Shown here: piece after piece, positions 49,974 to 58,854 of the stretch
How positions within the stretch are numbered: the stretch's first letter is position 1
Layout: every line of letters starts with the position of its first letter
NCBI GenBank assembly: GCA_017436325.1
Contig: JAFSDI010000002.1
Span: 35,457-99,456 of the forward strand
Direction of reading: 5' to 3'
From: Alphaproteobacteria bacterium
GTDB taxonomy: Bacteria > Pseudomonadota > Alphaproteobacteria > Rs-D84
DNA length: 64,000 bases
Position numbers and translations under genes: made by a program
Notes under the pieces: generated by a model
Told to the model about the DNA's origin: nothing
Database searches by the model: none
The model's input: only the letters and a program-made list of their open reading frames with translations

Positions 49974-51017
49974 ATGATAAAACTGATTAAATCTTTATTT
50001 ATGCCGGCCGCGGTTAAAACTACGGCTGGGGCCTTGGCGACAAAGTTTGGGTTAGAATTACGCGGTAACCCAAGCGCCCCCGTACGTGGGGTTGCGCCAA
50101 TTGCTGATGCGCGTGCGGGTCAATTGGCATTTTATTCAACAGAACAAAATAGTAATGCCTTTAAAATTTTACCAATAGATGTCTTAAAGAAAACGCGTGC
50201 ATCGGTTATTTTGGTTCAACCGGATCAGGCGCAATACGCACCTGATGGTGCGACATTGTTAATAACAGATACACCACGTGGCAATATTGTAAAAATACTG
50301 GGGGAAATTTATCGCGAAAAACCCCGCTTTGGAATCAGCAAAAATTCACGTATTGAACGTGGTGTTTTCTTTCGTAAAAAAAGAACAAATTATGTTGGTG
50401 ACTTTGTGACAATTGAACGCGGTGCCGTGATAGAACCAGATGTAAAAATATATTCTGGTGCTTTTATTGGGCGCAATGTTGTTCTGGGGCGCGGGACTAT
50501 TGTACACAGTGGTGCGCACATAGAAAACGCGACAATTGGTTCAGAATGCGTAATAAATGCGAATTCTGTTATTGGCAAGGATGGATTTGGTTATACTAAA
50601 CAAGATGGTCATAATATATTTATTCCACATGTTGGTCGTGTTGTTTTCGGGGACAGGGTTTCTGTTGGCGCAAACACTTGTATTGACAGGGGTGCTATGA
50701 CGGACACCACGATTGGTGCCGGTACCAAGATTGATAATTTATGCCAGATTGCACACGGTGTTGTTGTTGGGTGTGAATGTTTCTTGGCCAGTGGTGTTGG
50801 TTTGGCTGGTGGTGTTGTTATTGGTGACAATGTTTTACTGGGTGGTCATGTTGGTATTGCCAATGGTGTTCGTGTTGGGGATAACGCATCTGTTGGCGCA
50901 AACAGTGGTGTATTCCGTAACATACCAGATGGTGAAACATATATGGGGTATCCTGCTGGCCCTGGAACAGAATTTATGCGTCATTATGCATGGCTGCGCA
51001 AGAATACAAAAAAATAA
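49974..51017 (+). CDS. lpxD: UDP-3-O-acylglucosamine N-acyltransferase.
   Basis: A left-handed beta-helix with hexapeptide repeats. Confidence 0.85.
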   Translation: MIKLIKSLFMPAAVKTTAGALATKFGLELRGNPSAPVRGVAPIADARAGQLAFYSTEQNSNAFKILPIDVLKKTRASVILVQPDQAQYAPDGATLLITDTPRGNIVKILGEIYREKPRFGISKNSRIERGVFFRKKRTNYVGDFVTIERGAVIEPDVKIYSGAFIGRNVVLGRGTIVHSGAHIENATIGSECVINANSVIGKDGFGYTKQDGHNIFIPHVGRVVFGDRVSVGANTCIDRGAMTDTTIGAGTKIDNLCQIAHGVVVGCECFLASGVGLAGGVVIGDNVLLGGHVGIANGVRVGDNASVGANSGVFRNIPDGETYMGYPAGPGTEFMRHYAWLRKNTKK

Positions 51018-51034
51018 CCAAAGGAATTAAATCG

Positions 51035-51481
51035 ATGTTTGATGCTAAGCAAATTGAAGAAATTATTCCACATCGTGGGCATATGCGCCTGATTGATGAG
51101 GTGCGTGAATTTAATGATACCAGTGCGGTTGGTGTAAAATACGTTCGTGACGATGAATTTTGGTGTGACGGTCATTTTCCGGGCGATCCGATTATGCCTG
51201 GGGTATTACAGGTCGAAGCATTGGCGCAAACCGCGTGTTTTGTTGCGTTCAAACGTATGACAGAAGAGCAGCGCGATGGTATGTTGGGCTATTTTACGAC
51301 AATGGAAAAGATAAAATTTTCACATATGGTTCGTCCTGGGGATAAATTGGAATTGCATGTTGAACTGTTGACGACAAAGATGAAGTTATATAAATTTCAC
51401 GGTATTGCGTTTGTTGGCGGTAAAAAAGTAGCAGAGGCAACCTTTACAGCTGTATTGCAAAAGGTAGAAGATCGGCCTTAA
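51035..51481 (+). CDS. fabZ: 3-hydroxyacyl-ACP dehydratase FabZ.
   Basis: IPHRGHMRLID and DGHFPGDPIMPGV are present. The start was moved to the internal Met. Confidence 0.9.
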   Translation: MFDAKQIEEIIPHRGHMRLIDEVREFNDTSAVGVKYVRDDEFWCDGHFPGDPIMPGVLQVEALAQTACFVAFKRMTEEQRDGMLGYFTTMEKIKFSHMVRPGDKLELHVELLTTKMKLYKFHGIAFVGGKKVAEATFTAVLQKVEDRP

Positions 51482-51573
51482 CCCACACAAAGATATGGTA
51501 TTTATTAAAAAACAAAAAAGTTAAAATAATACTTGCAATCTGAAAAAATATGTGTAAAGATATACCACGCAAT

Positions 51574-51650
51574 GCGAGCGTAGCTCAGTTGGCTAGAGCG
51601 CAACCTTGCCAAGGTTGAGGTCGAGGGTTCGAGCCCCTTTGCTCGCACCA
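51574..51650 (+). tRNA. tRNA-Gly (GCC).
   Basis: The acceptor is GCGAGCG/UGCUCGC, the anticodon loop UUGCCAA, with CCA encoded. Confidence 0.85.
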
Positions 51651-51775
51651 GTATTCGCGGTGTCGGCATTGCTGACACCGTTTTTTCTTAAAAAGAAAAG
51701 GCAATAAGGTCGAATTTGATTATGAAAAACAGTTCGAAAAAATTTTTTTAATGCAAAGTGCGACCATCGAATAAT

Positions 51776-51803
51776 GACGGGCGCACTTTTGTGCGCCCGT
51801 TTC
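51776..51803 (+). promoter_or_regulatory. Leader hairpin before lysS (CGGGCGCAC-TTTTGT-GCGCCCG, then TTTC).
   Basis: It lies 30 nt upstream of the lysS ATG. Confidence 0.3.
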
Positions 51804-51831
51804 AAATAAAATAGAAACAAAAGGTAAAAAT

Positions 51832-53310
51832 ATGTCAGAACAACAGACACAAAATACACCGATATCAACAAATGAATTAACTGCGCGTCTGCAAAAGGCG
51901 GAAAATATCAAGGCACGCGATGGTGTTGTCTGGAAAGACAAATTTGACCGTACGCATACTATTGAACAGGCACGTGACTTGGCAGATAATACGCCTGTAA
52001 AGCTGGCTGGACGTGTAACTGCGTTACGCTGGTTGGGTAAATTGATGTTTGGTCGTATCTATGACATTAATGGCGAAATTCAGTTTTCGATGTCTCGCGA
52101 AGAACTGGGTGACGAGAATTATAAGTTTATGAAGGCCAATGTTGATTTGGGTGATTTTATTGGCATTACAGGTGAATTGTATCACACAACGGCTGGCGAA
52201 TTGACTGTACGTGTATCGAATTACGACATTTTGGCCAAGGCTTTGCGTCCGTTACCAGAAAAGTATCATGGTTTAACAGATATGGAAACACGTTATCGTC
52301 AACGTTATCTAGATATTATTTCTAATCCAGATGCACGTAATGCATTATTGGGGCGCTTTAAGATGACACAGTACTGGCGTGACTTTATGAACAAGAATGG
52401 ATTTTTGGAAATAGAAACACCTGTATTACAGAATATTGCATCTGGTGCTGCGGCGCGTCCATTTACAACGCATCACAATGCGTTGGATACTGATTTTCAA
52501 TTGCGCATTTCGCCGGAATTATTTTTAAAGCAGGCAATTGGCGCAGGCTTTGACCGTGTGTATGAAGTTGCCAAGGATTTCCGCAACGAAGGTATGGATG
52601 CGACACATTTGCAAGAATTTACTATGGTTGAATGGTATGCAGCATATTGGGATTATAATAAAAATATCCAATTTACATGGGATTTAATCCAAGACCTGTT
52701 GATGAAGTGTCGCGGCACATTGCAGATTGAATACCAAGGAACAAAATTAGATTTCAGCAGTTATGAAATGGTTGATTACACGGCCAAGATGAATGAGTTT
52801 TTTGGTTGTGACATTTTGGATTTCGAAGATGTAAATGAATTACGTCAGCGCTTGGTTGACAATGGAATGTTCCCGATGTCTGAATTAGAAGATTTAAAAT
52901 CATTACCTGCGCTGGTTGATTATGTTTACAAGCGCAAGATTCGTAACGGCATAATAAATCCAACATTTTTGTACAATTATCCATCTTATATGGTTCCATT
53001 GGCGCGCCGTAACAATGATGATGTTCGCCGTATAGATATGTATCAGTTGCTGGTTTGTGGTTCTGAAATTTGCAAGGGGTATTCTGAACTTGTAAATCCG
53101 ATTCAGCAACAGCAAGCCTTTGAAGAACAGGCGCGCAATATTGCAGATGGTGATGACGAAGCCTTTAATCCTGACAACGATTTTGTACGTGCGATGGAAC
53201 ATGGTTTTCCACCGATTTCTGGTGTTGGTATGGGCGTTGACAGATTGGCCAGCATTATATTTGACCAGCCTACATTACGTGATGTTGTACTGTTTCCAAT
53301 GATGAAATAG
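51832..53310 (+). CDS. lysS: Lysine--tRNA ligase, class II.
   Basis: The class II motif 3 GFPPISGVGMGVDRL is present, with an OB-fold N-terminus. Confidence 0.9.
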   Translation: MSEQQTQNTPISTNELTARLQKAENIKARDGVVWKDKFDRTHTIEQARDLADNTPVKLAGRVTALRWLGKLMFGRIYDINGEIQFSMSREELGDENYKFMKANVDLGDFIGITGELYHTTAGELTVRVSNYDILAKALRPLPEKYHGLTDMETRYRQRYLDIISNPDARNALLGRFKMTQYWRDFMNKNGFLEIETPVLQNIASGAAARPFTTHHNALDTDFQLRISPELFLKQAIGAGFDRVYEVAKDFRNEGMDATHLQEFTMVEWYAAYWDYNKNIQFTWDLIQDLLMKCRGTLQIEYQGTKLDFSSYEMVDYTAKMNEFFGCDILDFEDVNELRQRLVDNGMFPMSELEDLKSLPALVDYVYKRKIRNGIINPTFLYNYPSYMVPLARRNNDDVRRIDMYQLLVCGSEICKGYSELVNPIQQQQAFEEQARNIADGDDEAFNPDNDFVRAMEHGFPPISGVGMGVDRLASIIFDQPTLRDVVLFPMMK

Positions 53311-53318
53311 GAAGAATT

Positions 53319-54725
53319 ATGACCGAACGAAACCAAGAAAATTTAACAGCCGCCTTGATACTTGAAAATGACCGCAAGAATATTGCAGCATTGGAATCTG
53401 CACGTCTTGATGGCAGAATTAATGACGAAGCGGCTGAATATCTAAAATTTTTGTATTCAGATAGTTTCTATTGGTTTCGTGAGGTATTTTATATTCTTGG
53501 CAAGTGTTTTGGTGCGCCAAAGACCGCTGTTATGCGTTATGACTATGAACGTGATTGCGCCATAGAAGAACCGATTAGTATTGCGGACATTAATCCATTA
53601 AATGCATATATTGTTCAGCATCGTCTGGATAACGACCCGATGCGAAATCAGTTTTTTACAAGTTCGGCTGGGCATAAAATTGACTTGGCTGTATCATCGA
53701 TTGTAACGGTTATTGTTGGTGCGCAAAAAACAGTATCGCGTGCACTGGATAAAATTGTTGGTAAATACTATGAATCATACATAGAAGAAGTTGCAGGAAC
53801 AGTATATAACGTGATTTCCTCGCACGAGCGTGAGGCATCAGCGCGTGCTGTTGCAGAAAAAATAAAGGCAAAATTAAAAGAGAAATATATTTCTACGCCG
53901 GCTGAAACCGTATTATCGATTATTGGTTCTGGGCACGAAAAGATTGCTGCAGATTTGGTTCGTGCATTGGATAAAATCAAAAAGCCACGTATGCGTCTGC
54001 AAGACATATGGCGCGTAAAGTGTCTGTTTGACTTAATACCACAGGCGCGCACTTTTATAGAGCGGATTCAAGCGATGATGCCAGACAGAATATTATCTGT
54101 GCGTGATTGCTTTTATAATATGCAAAATCCGCGCAATTATCGTGATGCAAAGGTTGTTATAAATATCGGCCCAAACAAAGACACTGTAATCCCGATGGAG
54201 ATTATATGTCAGGTTCGTACATTCTTTGAATTTGAAAATAAAACACATTGTGTTTATGAAAGTGCGCGTAAAACAAAATCGAAAAAATCCGATGTGCTTG
54301 AAGCAAAGCTGGCTGTTTTTTACGAAGATGGTGTCAAGGCATACAATCGTATGATTTGCAAATGTCTGGATGATTTATTTGACAGGGTTGGTTGGAATAT
54401 TTTATACAGTCAGGACAACATTGTTTCTGTTCTTGATGGTTTTCCAAAGGAATGCAAATTGTATTATCCGCAAAAGGTGCTTGATAATATCATAGAAAAA
54501 CTAGATGATGCGATACAAAATGAATTATTTCAAATATCGAATGCACCGACAAAATTAACCAAGGCCCAAGAATCAAATATTTTTCATTTTATGGCGCGTT
54601 TTGTTTTGGTTTCTGCGATGCCTTATATGCAAAATGATTGGGCGATAACAGGGGACAGTCAATCTGCGCGTTTATTTAATTTTGTAATGAAAGAAGTTCA
54701 ACGTTATTACAAGAAATCAGCCTGA
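53319..54725 (+). CDS. Protein of 468 aa with a central RelA/SpoT-like nucleotidyltransferase (alarmone-synthetase-like) domain.
   Basis: ...RDCFYNMQNPRNYRDAKVVINI...MEIICQVRTFFEFENKTHCVYESARK resembles DYIa.PK.nGYrSlH...EiQIRT...WAe.eH..YK. The match is not certain. Confidence 0.45.
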   Translation: MTERNQENLTAALILENDRKNIAALESARLDGRINDEAAEYLKFLYSDSFYWFREVFYILGKCFGAPKTAVMRYDYERDCAIEEPISIADINPLNAYIVQHRLDNDPMRNQFFTSSAGHKIDLAVSSIVTVIVGAQKTVSRALDKIVGKYYESYIEEVAGTVYNVISSHEREASARAVAEKIKAKLKEKYISTPAETVLSIIGSGHEKIAADLVRALDKIKKPRMRLQDIWRVKCLFDLIPQARTFIERIQAMMPDRILSVRDCFYNMQNPRNYRDAKVVINIGPNKDTVIPMEIICQVRTFFEFENKTHCVYESARKTKSKKSDVLEAKLAVFYEDGVKAYNRMICKCLDDLFDRVGWNILYSQDNIVSVLDGFPKECKLYYPQKVLDNIIEKLDDAIQNELFQISNAPTKLTKAQESNIFHFMARFVLVSAMPYMQNDWAITGDSQSARLFNFVMKEVQRYYKKSA

Positions 54726-54853
54726 TTTAACAAGAAAATATACCCAATTAGTATTTTTGCTTTCTTCTTGCGTTAATGTATTAAAATTGGCAAAATAATA
54801 TCAGGTTCTTGATAGTCTTAGGGAACCATAACCAGCATAGGAAAGGATACAAT

Positions 54854-55195
54854 ATGCGTCAAGGAAAAGTAAAATGGTACAATGGTAAAAAATGTTTTGG
54901 CTTTATCAGCCCTGACACACCAAACGAAGACGGCAACACAGATGATGTATTTGTTCATTCAAGTTCTTTAAAGGCCGCCGGCATCAGATTTTTGAACGAA
55001 AATGATATTGTTGAATTCGAAGATGAGGTTCGCAATGACAAATTATCTGTCACGACTATCAATCTTATTCAACGTGATGAAGAGGCTGCACGCCAATTCC
55101 AAGAACGCCGTGCAGAACGTCGTCGTGCAATCGAAGAACGTAAACAACGCAAGGAGAAATCATCGCGTCGTGGTTTTGCATTCTGGAAAAAATAA
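54854..55195 (+). CDS. Cold-shock domain protein with a 45-aa Arg/Glu/Lys-rich C-terminal tail.
   Basis: GKVKWYNGKKCFGFI is followed by the tail ...RAERRRAIEERKQRKEKSSRRGFAFWKK. Confidence 0.8.
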   Translation: MRQGKVKWYNGKKCFGFISPDTPNEDGNTDDVFVHSSSLKAAGIRFLNENDIVEFEDEVRNDKLSVTTINLIQRDEEAARQFQERRAERRRAIEERKQRKEKSSRRGFAFWKK

Positions 55196-55197
55196 AA

Positions 55198-55228
55198 TAA
55201 AAAAGCCGGCATTTGCCGGTTTTTTTGT
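55198..55228. terminator. Hairpin terminator AAAAAGCCGGCATTTGCCGGTTTTTTT.
   Basis: A member of the ACCGG..TTTACCGG hairpin family. Confidence 0.6.
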
Positions 55229-55335
55229 GTTTTTTTTATATTAATTTCATATTTTCAGATATTGATATTGTATTTTACTTATACGGCAAAAATATTTTTT
55301 ATATTTACAAAAAATCATAAACTATGTTATAATTC

Positions 55336-55606
55336 ACAATGAACTGGGTGGGAATCTGGTTCGGGGCTGTCGTAGGCCTTATGACTTCCGGTGCAAATAT
55401 ATGTGTGCATATATTAAGTGTCGTTATTCCGACAAAATATTCCCTGTATTTGCACTGTAATTTTGATAAACCCTGACTTTTTTGTCGGGGGGCTGTTCGC
55501 TATACAACAGGTGAATTCACCAAAGGCGAACAGGGTCATTGAAGTCATGATTTACGAACTCCCCGACCGCAGGATTTTTCACTGCGGTTTTTGTTTTAAT
55601 CAAAGG
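55336..55606 (+). promoter_or_regulatory. Conserved structured 5' leader (copy 2), ending in an intrinsic terminator (ACCGCAGGATTTTTCACTGCGGTTTTTGTTTT), upstream of secreted paralog 2.
   Basis: See the entry at 421-700. The long-range stem is CTGTTCGC..GCGAACAG, with sub-hairpins GGTGAATTCACC and AATATATGTGTGCATATATT. Confidence 0.6.
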
Positions 55607-55616
55607 AGTTTATAAA

Positions 55617-56201
55617 ATGAAAAAGCTATTAATTAGCACGATATTGGGGGGTGTACTTACCTGCCCTGCCCTTGCATCAATTGTGTCACGTGGTTTTTTA
55701 GAAGAAACGCTTGATTCCTATGCGACTTTTTCAGCGGTGAATTCTCGTTTTGGGGCTTGGCGGCAAGGCGGGTCTGTTTATGGATTCGCGTCGGGATCTG
55801 ATGGTTATGCGGATACTTTTCTATCTCTTCTTTCTGCAAATGGCCTACGTAGTGTTTATCCGGTTTCTTTGGCTGAAATGATATATGCTTTATATGGTAC
55901 AGATAAAGAAAAAGGGTTGATATCATCAATATTTTCTGGCTGGTCTAATGATGGACGTTATTATCGTGGATTATTTCAAATAGATTCTGATTTAAGTACA
56001 TTGACTGATAGAGTTATATTAAATAGAGAAGAAATATCAGCGCTTAATGCAAAAATTGACGGCAAAATAAATAATTTATCAACAACTGCCAGTAACGGAA
56101 AGTATGTTTTAACAGCGGTCAAGGAAGGCGACCAGACTACTTATGCCTGGGAACCAATTGACCGTTCTGAAACAGAAAGCGCAATCCCCACAGATGAATA
56201 A
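55617..56201 (+). CDS. Secreted protein, paralog 2 of the family (194 aa).
   Basis: The signal peptide is followed by ASIVSRGFLEETL. The C-terminus GKYVLTAVKEGDQTTYAWEPIDRSE is shared with paralog 3. Confidence 0.7.
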   Translation: MKKLLISTILGGVLTCPALASIVSRGFLEETLDSYATFSAVNSRFGAWRQGGSVYGFASGSDGYADTFLSLLSANGLRSVYPVSLAEMIYALYGTDKEKGLISSIFSGWSNDGRYYRGLFQIDSDLSTLTDRVILNREEISALNAKIDGKINNLSTTASNGKYVLTAVKEGDQTTYAWEPIDRSETESAIPTDE

Positions 56202-56205
56202 AGTA

Positions 56206-56316
56206 AAAAATGCCGGCTTTTTTTAGTAAAAATATTAAAAAAAGCCGGTAAAATACATACTGTGAAAAAATAATAGACTTGTTAAAAAAATACCGGCTTT
56301 TACCGGTGTTTTTTGA
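56206..56316. repeat. Composite palindromic element, copy D: a long inverted repeat, a spacer, then the hairpin ATACCGGCTTTTACCGGTG. It lies between the paralog-2 gene and parB.
   Basis: It has the same architecture as 58128-58236. Confidence 0.65.
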
Positions 56317-56323
56317 TGTTTTT

Positions 56324-57202
56324 TTATTTTGATAATTTTTCTATCAATTCAAATAATTGAACTCTGGTATCAAAAGATATAATAATCTGCCCTGCCCCGC
56401 CGCGTTTTTCTGATATTTTCACTTTTGCGCCAAGTACAGATTTTACCTGTGATTCCATATTTTTTATGGTCTGTGAATCGATGTTTTTTTGTATGTGTGC
56501 ACGTGTATTTTTTGCGCGTGGTGCATTTTTTACCATTTTATCCGCATCGGCCACAGATAATTTTTCTGCGATAATTTTATGTGCTAATTCTTCTGGGTTT
56601 TCTGCCACCGCGATTGTTCGTGCGTGTGATGCGGAAAGTTCACCTTGCTGAACAAGTTGTTGAACAGAATCTGGCAATGTGGTCAGGCGCATTATATTAC
56701 GTATATAACTTTCTGATTTTCCGATTAATCTTGACAGGTCGTTTAATTCGTATTCGCAACATTCCATCAGGTTTTTATATGCATTTGCTTCTTCGATTGC
56801 GTTCAAATTTTCACGTTGAACATTTTCAATCAGTGCAATTTCCATTGCGTTTTCGTTTGATACAACCTTTACTAGTGCTGGAATTTCTGTTTCGCCAGCT
56901 AATTTAGACGCGCGAAAGCGCCTTTCGCCGGCGATAATTTCATACATATATGGCTTGTCATTGACGGCGCGCAACAAGATTGGTTGCAGTACACCTTTTT
57001 CACGTATTGATGCAGCTAAATCACTTAATTCTGCGTCTGTGAATGTTTTTCGTGGCTGATTAGGATTCGCGCCAATCTGTGCCAACGGTATTTTTTTTAC
57101 AACAACCCGTTCTGCTGGTGATAACAAAGATATATCAGGTATTGTACCGCGTGTTGATTGCAGTTCTGACAAACCGCGCCCCAGTCCAAATTTAGTCGCC
57201 AT
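56324..57202 (-). CDS. parB: Chromosome partitioning protein ParB.
   Basis: The ParB box ...GERRFRASKLAG... is present, with an HTH. Confidence 0.9.
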   Translation of the reverse strand: MATKFGLGRGLSELQSTRGTIPDISLLSPAERVVVKKIPLAQIGANPNQPRKTFTDAELSDLAASIREKGVLQPILLRAVNDKPYMYEIIAGERRFRASKLAGETEIPALVKVVSNENAMEIALIENVQRENLNAIEEANAYKNLMECCEYELNDLSRLIGKSESYIRNIMRLTTLPDSVQQLVQQGELSASHARTIAVAENPEELAHKIIAEKLSVADADKMVKNAPRAKNTRAHIQKNIDSQTIKNMESQVKSVLGAKVKISEKRGGAGQIIISFDTRVQLFELIEKLSK

Positions 57203-57974
57203 AATTTTCTCCTGTTGTTCTTTCTATTACTTCTGTTGCTACGCGTAAATATGCCTGTGCCCCTGTTGAATTAAAGTCATAAAACAGCGCTGGTTTTCCG
57301 TGGCTGGGTGCTTCTGAAACACGGATGTTTCGTGGCACAACTGTTTTAAAAACCAATTCACCAAATGTTTTGCGAACATCATCATCAACGGCGCGTGTTA
57401 ATCCATATCGGCGGTCATACATTGTTAATAAAACCCCCAGAATTTTTAATTCAGGATTCCATTTTTCCTGCACGACTGTAATTGTATCAACCAGTTGCTG
57501 AATGCCCTCAAGCGCAAAAAATTCGCATTGAAGTGGTACAATAACAGAATCTGCCGCGGTTAGTGCGTTAATTGTTAGATAGCCCAAAGCCGGCGGACAG
57601 TCAAACAGAATATAATCATAATAGTCTTTTATAGGTGTCAATGCATCGCGCAATCTGAATTCACGGTTTTCCATATCTAACAGGTCTATATCTGCGCCGG
57701 CCAATGCTTGTGATGATGGTAATAAATGCAGCCCAGATACTGCTGTGGTTAATATATTATCTGCGGCACTTGCGGTGCCCATAATCACACCATATGCGCT
57801 TTGGCGATGTGATGCGCGTTCAAACCCCAGTCCTGTACCCGCGTTTCCTTGTGGGTCTAAATCTATTAATAATACACGTTTTTTTATCGCTGCCAGCGAG
57901 CTGCCGATATTTATAGCGGTTGTTGTCTTTCCTACCCCGCCCTTTTGATTTGCGAATGCTATTATTTGTGTCAT
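57192..57974 (-). CDS. parA: Chromosome partitioning ATPase ParA/Soj.
   Basis: The deviant Walker A motif NQKGGVGKTTTAINIG is present. Confidence 0.92.
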   Translation of the reverse strand: MTQIIAFANQKGGVGKTTTAINIGSSLAAIKKRVLLIDLDPQGNAGTGLGFERASHRQSAYGVIMGTASAADNILTTAVSGLHLLPSSQALAGADIDLLDMENREFRLRDALTPIKDYYDYILFDCPPALGYLTINALTAADSVIVPLQCEFFALEGIQQLVDTITVVQEKWNPELKILGVLLTMYDRRYGLTRAVDDDVRKTFGELVFKTVVPRNIRVSEAPSHGKPALFYDFNSTGAQAYLRVATEVIERTTGENYGD

Positions 57975-58127
57975 ATTTCCTTTCCGTATTTTTTCGATTT
58001 AAACAATATAAGAATACTGCGATTCGGTCAAGGTTTAAGTGTTGCTTTTAATAAAAACTACTAAAAACAATATGTTATATTGTGTTTCATATGAAATGAA
58101 CTTGTGTATTTGTTTTTTTTATAAATA

Positions 58128-58236
58128 AAAAGCCGGTTTTTTTGATAAAAAAGTTAAAAAAGGCCGGTAAAATTAAAAAAATCAAAGTATAGTAAAATTG
58201 TTGAAAAAAATACCGGCATTTACCGGTGTTTTTTTA
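58128..58236. repeat. Composite palindromic element, copy E, between rsmG and parA.
   Basis: AAAAAGCCGGTTTTTTTGATAAAAAAGTTAAAAAAGGCCGG ... ATACCGGCATTTACCGGTG. Confidence 0.65.
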
Positions 58237-58272
58237 GTGTTTTTAATAATTTTTTGATTGTTTCATATGAAA

Positions 58273-58833
58273 TTAGTTCTTTGGGTCAACGATAATGATA
58301 AATCCATCACCTGTTTTTGATGGGATAAGTTGATAATCAAATTTATATTTCGTTTTTGCGATATCGATTTCGCCGGCAATTTCGCGTCCTTTTAGCAGAA
58401 AAAGCCGGTGTTTAGTTGTTGCGACATAGTCCATTATTTTTACTAATGATGCAAATGCGCGTGCTGTAAATACAAAATCGCTTGTTTTTGCCGGTAAATG
58501 CCGGATAAAGTCTTCCAATCTGCCGTGATAAACTGTCAGGTTGTTCAGTTTTAATTCTTCTTTTACGGTGTTCAGGAAAGAAACTTTTTTCCCGATTGAT
58601 TCAACGCATGTTACATTCCATCCCAAGATAGCCAATACAACACCTGGGAACCCTGCCCCACTGCCCATATCGATGATATTGACATTTTGTGGCAAAACGT
58701 CTGCAAGTTGTGCAGAATCGGCAATATGTCTGGTTTCTATATCGTTTAATGTACTTGGTGCGACCAGATTCATCCGTTTTGACCATTGTCGCAGCAAGTT
58801 TGCATAATGTTCGAATTTGACTTTATTGTTCAT
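58273..58833 (-). CDS. rsmG: 16S rRNA (guanine527-N7)-methyltransferase RsmG (GidB).
   Basis: SAM motif IIDMGSGAGFPGVVLAI. The start was moved to the internal Met. No mnmG lies upstream. Confidence 0.85.
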   Translation of the reverse strand: MNNKVKFEHYANLLRQWSKRMNLVAPSTLNDIETRHIADSAQLADVLPQNVNIIDMGSGAGFPGVVLAILGWNVTCVESIGKKVSFLNTVKEELKLNNLTVYHGRLEDFIRHLPAKTSDFVFTARAFASLVKIMDYVATTKHRLFLLKGREIAGEIDIAKTKYKFDYQLIPSKTGDGFIIIVDPKN

Positions 58834-58854
58834 AAGCGCTATTCTAACATAATC

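Noticed and set aside
55336-55606. Assigning the paralog leader to the cobalamin riboswitch class (because of GGTGGGAA and GCACTGTAA-like strings).
   Set aside because: There is no B12 box (AGYCMGGAGACCKGCC) and no GGUGnAAnUCC core. The downstream genes are secreted proteins, not B12 transport or biosynthesis genes. The leader is left as an unclassified structured RNA.
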